Assembly: GCA_046313635.1 (NCBI GenBank)
Contig: JBKBYA010000011.1
Location: 32,001-96,000, forward strand
Direction: 5' to 3'
DNA: 64,000 nucleotides
Origin: Pyrinomonadaceae bacterium
Lineage (GTDB): Bacteria > Acidobacteriota > Blastocatellia > Pyrinomonadales > Pyrinomonadaceae
A program made the translations under genes and the position numbers. Below the pieces are notes generated by a model. The model did no database searches and was not told where the DNA came from. It saw only the letters and a list, made by a program, of their open reading frames with translations. This document shows positions 58,534 through 64,000 of the stretch, piece by piece. Each line of letters opens with the position of its first letter. Position 1 is the stretch's first letter.

Positions 58534-59064
58534 ATGAAAAACCAAAAAGGCTTCTCTCTTATCGAACTTTTGATCGTGGTCGTCATCATCGGCATCATTG
58601 CCGCGATCGCGATCCCCAACCTGTTGGCGGCCCGCCGCTCAGCCAACGAAGGCTCCGCCATCTCGTCGCTCCGCACTCTGCACGGAGCCCAGTCCACCTA
58701 CTTCGCAACGCACGGCAACGGCCGCTACGCCGGTACCAACGCCACCCGCGACAAGACCCCGCTGACGCAGCTTGCTGCCGTCCAGCTCGTTGACAACGTC
58801 CTCGGCGGAGCTTCGGCTCAGAAGAGCGGTTATGACTTTAACGGCCGCATGGACGTCGCAACTTCGACCACGCCGGCGATCTTCTTCTTCGACGCTCTGC
58901 CGATCTCGCCGACCGGTTTGACCCAGTCGGGTTCGCGCCGCTTCTGTGTCGAGACCGATGGCGTCATCCACGTCGATACGGCCAACCTGAGCACCGCCTT
59001 CACGGCGACCTCGACGGCCGGTGTCGCGGGAACGTGTGCTACGGCTCAGGCTCAAGCGAACTAA
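58534..59064 (+). CDS. pilA: Type IV major pilin, copy 1
   Basis: MKNQKG|FSLIELLIVV class III signal, E5, C-terminal Cys pair. Confidence 0.92.
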   Translation: MKNQKGFSLIELLIVVVIIGIIAAIAIPNLLAARRSANEGSAISSLRTLHGAQSTYFATHGNGRYAGTNATRDKTPLTQLAAVQLVDNVLGGASAQKSGYDFNGRMDVATSTTPAIFFFDALPISPTGLTQSGSRRFCVETDGVIHVDTANLSTAFTATSTAGVAGTCATAQAQAN

Positions 59065-59082
59065 TAGGTTCGTCGAGAATAT

Positions 59083-59110
59083 AAAGAGGGAGACTCCCGC
59101 CCCCTCTTTT
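59083..59110 (+). terminator. Intrinsic terminator after pilA copy 1
   Basis: aaagagggg...cccctctttt hairpin. Confidence 0.7.
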
Positions 59111-59337
59111 GCTCTTTCCATCACCTCGTTCCTACCGACGACGTCCCCATTTCGACAAATGGGAGCCGCCGGTCGTGGGCTCTGTTCTTTGACACTTTTT
59201 GTCAACCGCCCGATACCACAATCTGTTAATGGTTAGGCCGCGATCCCTTTCTCGGTTAACTTGACCTTGATCTGGAATAAGTATATTTCCGTTATTTTTC
59301 TTTATTTTACGCGCCTGCCAACCTGCCACCGACGGAG

Positions 59338-59352
59338 TGGCACGTAGCTTGA
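59338..59352 (+). promoter_or_regulatory. Putative sigma54 promoter of pilA copy 2
   Basis: TGGCAC-GTAGC-TTGA. Confidence 0.65.
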
Positions 59353-59421
59353 GATTACGAGAGACGCCTGGGAAAGGTAGAAACACCAAAGCGAAAAACT
59401 CTAGGAGATCGTGAACCAGAA

Positions 59422-59952
59422 ATGAAAAACCAAAAAGGCTTCTCTCTTATCGAACTTTTGATCGTGGTCGTCATCATCGGCATCATTGCCGCGATCGCGA
59501 TCCCCAACCTGTTGGCGGCCCGCCGCTCGGCCAACGAAGGCTCCGCCATCTCGTCGCTCCGCACTCTGCACGGAGCCCAGTCCACCTACTTCGCAACGCA
59601 CGGCAACGGCCGTTACGCCGGTACCGATGCCACCCGCGACAAGACCCCGCTGACGCAGCTTGCTGCCGTCCAGCTCGTTGACAACGTCCTCGGCGGAGCC
59701 TCTGCTCAAAAGAGCGGTTATGACTTCAACGGTCGCATGGACGTCGCAACTTCGACCACGCCGGCGATCTTCTTCTTCGACGCTCTGCCGATCTCGCCGA
59801 CGGGCCTGACCCAGTCGGGATCGCGCCGTTTCTGTGTCGAGACCGATGGCGTCATCCACGTCGATACGGCCAACCTGAGCACCGCCTTCACGGCGACCTC
59901 GACGGCCGGTGTCGCGGGAACGTGTGCTACGGCTCAGGCCCAGGCTAACTAG
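59422..59952 (+). CDS. pilA: Type IV major pilin, copy 2
   Basis: Identical protein to copy 1 except residue 69 (N to D). Confidence 0.92.
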   Translation: MKNQKGFSLIELLIVVVIIGIIAAIAIPNLLAARRSANEGSAISSLRTLHGAQSTYFATHGNGRYAGTDATRDKTPLTQLAAVQLVDNVLGGASAQKSGYDFNGRMDVATSTTPAIFFFDALPISPTGLTQSGSRRFCVETDGVIHVDTANLSTAFTATSTAGVAGTCATAQAQAN

Positions 59953-59973
59953 CGTCCTGCACGCTGCATTAGG

Positions 59974-60005
59974 AAGAGGAAGTCTTCAGGGCTTCCTCTT
60001 TTTTT
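59974..60005 (+). terminator. Intrinsic terminator after pilA copy 2
   Basis: aagaggaagtc-ttcag-ggcttcctctt followed by T-run. Confidence 0.8.
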
Positions 60006-60317
60006 ACCCTCACGATGTCTGAGATCGAAGATGCGATCGATTCGCGCCGGCTGCGGCAAGAGTCTCGACATCGCTTTGAATTCCGCTACGAGTCCTATTC
60101 CGACTATCTCGGGCATCTGCTCGTTTTGAATTAATCGGTGCTTCGCATTCCGATCGGTATGAAACCGTGGTATCCGCCTGTAACGATGCGGCTCGAAACG
60201 ACGCTCAAACCTCTGCTGGGGAGAGCGTTCTCGTGCTTTGCCGTCGGCCGGCGGCAGAAGCATTGATGCATGCCGCCGGCATTTCCTGTTAGCTCGCGCT
60301 CGTATCTCGTCCTCAAA

Positions 60318-62027
60318 ATGCACGCCCAACGCTACCGGATCTATTCGGAGTACGGCAGCAGCGACCGATTTTGGCTCGCGCTGATCTTCGTTTTTTGCGC
60401 CGCGATAATGGCGGCGATCCCGATATTCGGGATCCCGGAGGGCTACGACGTCCCGCAGCACCTTCGTTTTGCGGCGACGTTTCACGACGCGTTGTCATCC
60501 GGCCAGCTCGTGCCGGGATGGGCCGGCGTCGATAATCACGGCTTCGGCAGCATCGGCACGCGCATATACCCGCCGGTCGCAGATTACCTGCTCGCTCTGA
60601 CCCAAATGGTCACCGGCGACTGGTACCGATCGTTTTGGATCGACTCGTTCTTTTGGATGTTCCTCGGCTGCGTCGGGGCGTATCTGTGGACAAAGGAGTT
60701 CGCGCCGGCCTGGCAGGCGGCGGCGGCGGCCGGTCTCTACGCGGTGATCCCGTACCGGCTACTGGAGATATATCAGTTCGTACTTTTTTCGGAGTTTGCG
60801 GCGTCGGCTGTCCTGCCCTTCTGTTTTCTTGGGGCGACGAGGGTCATTAGACGCGGGCGGATGACGGACGTCCTGCTGCTCGCCGTCTCGGTCGCGGTAC
60901 TTGTCCTGACGCACATTCCGACCACTCTGATCGGCGGACTGACGCTCGCGGTGTACTGCGCGTTCCTGATCGACAGGCGGTCGCCGTGGAGAGCCTTGCG
61001 GCAAACGGCGACGGCGTTGGCGCTGAGCTTGGCGGCGACCTCATTTTACTGGCTGCGGCTCGTGACCGAAATGGCGTGGGTCAAGCACAGCACGGCAGAA
61101 TACTCGAGCGGATTCTACGACTATCGGCGGCATTTCTTTCCGATCTATCTCAGCTACGGCGAGTGGTACTGGCAGCGGCTCTTCTGGCTCTTGGACATCG
61201 GCATCGTCCTGACGATCGTCTTTGCACTTCCGATCGTTTGGATGGCCTTGGCTCGACATCGATCGTCCGATTCCAGATTCGACCGGCGGCTGTCGCTTGC
61301 GTTGGCTGCCGGAGCCGTCTTCCCGCTGTTCATGTTGTCGAAGCTCAGCGAGCCGCTCTGGACATATCTCCCCGCTCTCGAAAAGATCCAGTTCGCGTGG
61401 CGCTTTCTTTCGGCCGCCTCGCTCGTCTGTGCGATCTCGTTCGCGGTTGCCGTGCCGCGGATCGCCGCAGGCTTTCCCTCGCTCAAGAAGGGTTTTGCCT
61501 ATTCGTCGATCGCACTTGTCCTCTGCGTCGTTCTTTACGACGTGACCCAGACGATCTTGCCGGCCGCTCCGCTTCCGCCCGAGAAATTTGCCGAGAAGCT
61601 CGCCGATATGCGCACGGAAGAAGGCTGCAGCTGCTGGTGGCCGGTCTGGGCGACCGACAAGGCCTTTGAGCGGCGCGAACCGGTCGACGCCGGCGAACGA
61701 GCGGCCCGCGTCGTTACATGGGACCGCGAGCATCGTGCTTTCATCGTCGGAGCCGGTGCGCCGACCGCGGCCAGGGTCGCGACGTTCTATTACCCTCACT
61801 GGCAAGCCGTCGTAAACGGTCATGAAACGCCCGTGTCGAGAGACGAGAATGGTGCGATCACCCTCGAGCTGCCGGCCGAAGCTTCGACGGTCGAGCTGCG
61901 TATCGTCGAACCCGCAAGATTGTATGCAGCCCAGATCGTGTCACTGTCGGCGTGGCTGATGATGCTATTTGCCTCGATCGCGGCCGCCCGCGGTCGAATT
62001 CGAGGTCTTGTAGTAAACTCACGATGA
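60318..62027 (+). CDS. GT-C-like polytopic membrane protein (PTPS-related/YfhO-like)
   Basis: YDVPQH in first loop, IYPP, IQFAWRFL, C-terminal FYYPHWQAVVNG; many TM helices; start uncertain. Confidence 0.75.
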   Translation: MHAQRYRIYSEYGSSDRFWLALIFVFCAAIMAAIPIFGIPEGYDVPQHLRFAATFHDALSSGQLVPGWAGVDNHGFGSIGTRIYPPVADYLLALTQMVTGDWYRSFWIDSFFWMFLGCVGAYLWTKEFAPAWQAAAAAGLYAVIPYRLLEIYQFVLFSEFAASAVLPFCFLGATRVIRRGRMTDVLLLAVSVAVLVLTHIPTTLIGGLTLAVYCAFLIDRRSPWRALRQTATALALSLAATSFYWLRLVTEMAWVKHSTAEYSSGFYDYRRHFFPIYLSYGEWYWQRLFWLLDIGIVLTIVFALPIVWMALARHRSSDSRFDRRLSLALAAGAVFPLFMLSKLSEPLWTYLPALEKIQFAWRFLSAASLVCAISFAVAVPRIAAGFPSLKKGFAYSSIALVLCVVLYDVTQTILPAAPLPPEKFAEKLADMRTEEGCSCWWPVWATDKAFERREPVDAGERAARVVTWDREHRAFIVGAGAPTAARVATFYYPHWQAVVNGHETPVSRDENGAITLELPAEASTVELRIVEPARLYAAQIVSLSAWLMMLFASIAAARGRIRGLVVNSR

Positions 62028-62863
62028 GCTCCTACACACTTCGCAGATCAAATGCAATAACGATGGAGACGACGACGGGAAGCGGCGGCTTTCTCGCCAG
62101 GATACTGGCAATTTCCAAAAACACGTTTCGCGAGGCGATCCGCGACCGGATCCTTTATAACCTCGTGCTTTTTGTGCTGCTCATCATCGCCTGCGCGGTG
62201 CTGCTCGGCGATCTGACCGCGGGGCAAGAGACGCGGACGATCGTGAATGTCGGCCTCAACGCGATGCTGCTCTTCGGCGCGTTCATCGCGATATTTGTCG
62301 GCGTCGGGCTGGTGTCGAAGGAGATCGAGAAGCGCACGGTCTTTGCCCTGTTTGCAAAGCCGGTCGCGCGCTCCGAGTTCGTCATCGGCAAGTATCTCGG
62401 CCTCTGTGCGACGCTGCTTGTAAATGTCGCGATCATGGGCGCCGGCGTCTCGCTCGCGCTGCTCTATGTCGGCGGACGCGCGATGGCGGCGTCGATCTGG
62501 GGAGCGGTCTATCTGATCTTTCTCGAGCTGACGATACTGACGGCGGTCGCGATAGTCTTCTCGTCATTCTCGTCGCCGGCGCTGTCCGCTCTGCTGTCCT
62601 TTTTTGTCTTTATCATCGGTCACCTCAGCTCGTCGCTTCACGACCTTGCCGAGGCTCTCGGCTCGCAGGCGGCGCGGCTGGTCTTTGCGGTGATCTACTA
62701 TCTCTTTCCGAATCTCGCGCATTTCAGTTTCAGGACGGAGGCTGCCTACGGGCTGGTGCCTCCGTTTGACCTGGCGGCCGTCGCCGGTCTCTACGCCGTG
62801 GTCTACGTCGTGATACTGATGACCGTGACGATCGCGATCTTTAGCCGCAGGAACTTTAAGTGA
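62024..62863 (+). CDS. ABC transporter permease (PilI-like)
   Basis: NTFREAIRDR, SKEIEKRT, KPVARSEFVIGKYLG, FSRRNF; start could be 62063. Confidence 0.88.
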   Translation: MSSYTLRRSNAITMETTTGSGGFLARILAISKNTFREAIRDRILYNLVLFVLLIIACAVLLGDLTAGQETRTIVNVGLNAMLLFGAFIAIFVGVGLVSKEIEKRTVFALFAKPVARSEFVIGKYLGLCATLLVNVAIMGAGVSLALLYVGGRAMAASIWGAVYLIFLELTILTAVAIVFSSFSSPALSALLSFFVFIIGHLSSSLHDLAEALGSQAARLVFAVIYYLFPNLAHFSFRTEAAYGLVPPFDLAAVAGLYAVVYVVILMTVTIAIFSRRNFK

Positions 62864-62883
62864 CCGCTCGATGCGTCGCAGCG

Positions 62884-63813
62884 ATGAAGGACCGACCGTT
62901 ACAACTGATCGTCTCGTTACTCGTGATCGTCGTGTGTTTTAGTTTTGTCTACGCGCTCGGCGGCTACCTCGACGAGCATCGTGTCGAGCTCCCCGACGAG
63001 TACAGAGACTCTGACCTCGCGCTGCAGGGCAAGCGCCTGCGCGGCTATGCTCTCGGATTCGACGGACTGCTCGCCGACTGGTACTGGATGCAGTCGCTGC
63101 AGTACATCGGCGGGCGGCTCGAAGAGCGAAAGGCCGAGTCCGTAAATATCGAGGACCTCCGGCCCTTCAACTTGCGGCTCCTCTACCCGCTGCTCGACAA
63201 CGCGACCGATCTCGACCCGCACTTCACGACCGCCTACTCGTACGGCGCCGTCGTGCTGCCGGCGATCGACCGCGACGCGGCGATCCGCCTGACCGAGAAG
63301 GGCATCGCCAACAATCCGACGGAATGGCGCTTTTACCAGTACCTCGGCTACATATACTGGCGCTCGAAAGAGTACGACAAGGCCGCCGACGCGTACCGCC
63401 GCGGAGCGATGCTGCCCGGCGTGCCGAGCTTTATGGGACTTATGGCCGCACGTATGACGACCGAGGGCGGCAGCCGCGAGACGGCGCGAGAGATGTACAC
63501 GCAGATGCTCGCCGAGGCGAGCGACGATCAGACAAAGGCGACGGCCGAGGCCCGGCTGCGGCAGCTCGATTCGCTCGACGAACGCGACGCGATCGACGGC
63601 GTGCTCAGGACGCTGAGCGCAAAAAGCGGCACGTGCCCGACGCATTGGAAGCAGATACTGCCGCTCCTCGCGGAAAGTACCGTCGCGGGCGGCCGGGAAT
63701 TTCGGATCGATCGCCACGGCCAGGTCGTCGATCCGACCGGCGAGCCGTACATCATTGACGGCCGTTCCTGCACGGTGCGTCTCGGCCCGGGCTCGGGCAT
63801 TGCAGTGTACTAG
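62884..63813 (+). CDS. PilG/XapA-like TPR protein of pilin-associated ABC system
   Basis: [36 protein letters not shown]. Confidence 0.7.
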   Translation: MKDRPLQLIVSLLVIVVCFSFVYALGGYLDEHRVELPDEYRDSDLALQGKRLRGYALGFDGLLADWYWMQSLQYIGGRLEERKAESVNIEDLRPFNLRLLYPLLDNATDLDPHFTTAYSYGAVVLPAIDRDAAIRLTEKGIANNPTEWRFYQYLGYIYWRSKEYDKAADAYRRGAMLPGVPSFMGLMAARMTTEGGSRETAREMYTQMLAEASDDQTKATAEARLRQLDSLDERDAIDGVLRTLSAKSGTCPTHWKQILPLLAESTVAGGREFRIDRHGQVVDPTGEPYIIDGRSCTVRLGPGSGIAVY

Positions 63814-63835
63814 GCCGCAGCCTCGAGATCAGTTT

Positions 63836-64000
63836 ATGTCGAATAAAGAAAGCGTCATCGTCATCCGAGATCTGACCAAAGACTACGACTCCGGCTTCTG
63901 GAAAAAGAAAAAGGTCCGCGCTCTCGACGGCCTCACGCTCGACGTCGCGCCGGGCCAGATCTTCGGCTTCCTCGGCGGCAACGGTGCGGGCAAAACGACG
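63836..64000 (+). CDS. ABC transporter ATP-binding protein (PilH-like), partial
   Basis: Manual translation [17 protein letters not shown]...ALDGLTLDV...[12 protein letters not shown] (Walker A); runs off window. Confidence 0.9.
   Translation, partial: MSNKESVIVIRDLTKDYDSGFWKKKKVRALDGLTLDVAPGQIFGFLGGNGAGKTT

Noticed and set aside
58534..59952. Electrically conductive (e-pilin) type
   Set aside because: Full-length 170-aa mature pilin with only about 11 F/Y residues and none at positions 24 or 27.

Overview
High-GC bacterial chromosomal window. Gene content (C-terminal FG-GAP-like repeat proteins, VWA protein, Myxococcus/Geobacter-type pil locus, abundant short tandem repeats) suggests Acidobacteriota, probably Blastocatellia; this is an inference. 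Core genes: a fatty-acid operon (yceD-rpmF-fabH-fabD-acpP-fabF), pyrimidine genes (pyrD; pyrR-pyrB-pyrC with inserted small genes and a frameshift in pyrC), rluA, glnE, iscS, a class A PBP, LPS heptose genes (waaF, gmhB) and a type IV pilus locus (pilS-pilR, two near-identical pilA, a GT-C membrane protein, pilI/G/H-like ABC system). Most interesting non-standard signals: (1) a secreted 99-aa peptide with five GIIVAG repeats and a sigma54-like promoter, divergent from a membrane-anchored GGDEF-EAL protein (candidate peptide signal-receptor pair); (2) a duplicated ~135-bp promoter-hairpins-terminator module in front of each of two lower-GC defence-like loci (nuclease-like gene; DUF5343-like plus HEPN pair); (3) an ORF-free ~620-bp region holding three candidate structured RNAs, two sharing a 36-nt motif; (4) duplicated pilins differing at one residue that toggles an N-X-T sequon; (5) inverted heptamer repeats around a four-helix-bundle gene and translated inside housekeeping genes. 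No rRNA, tRNA, CRISPR array or transposase was recognised. All family assignments are by eye, without database searches.
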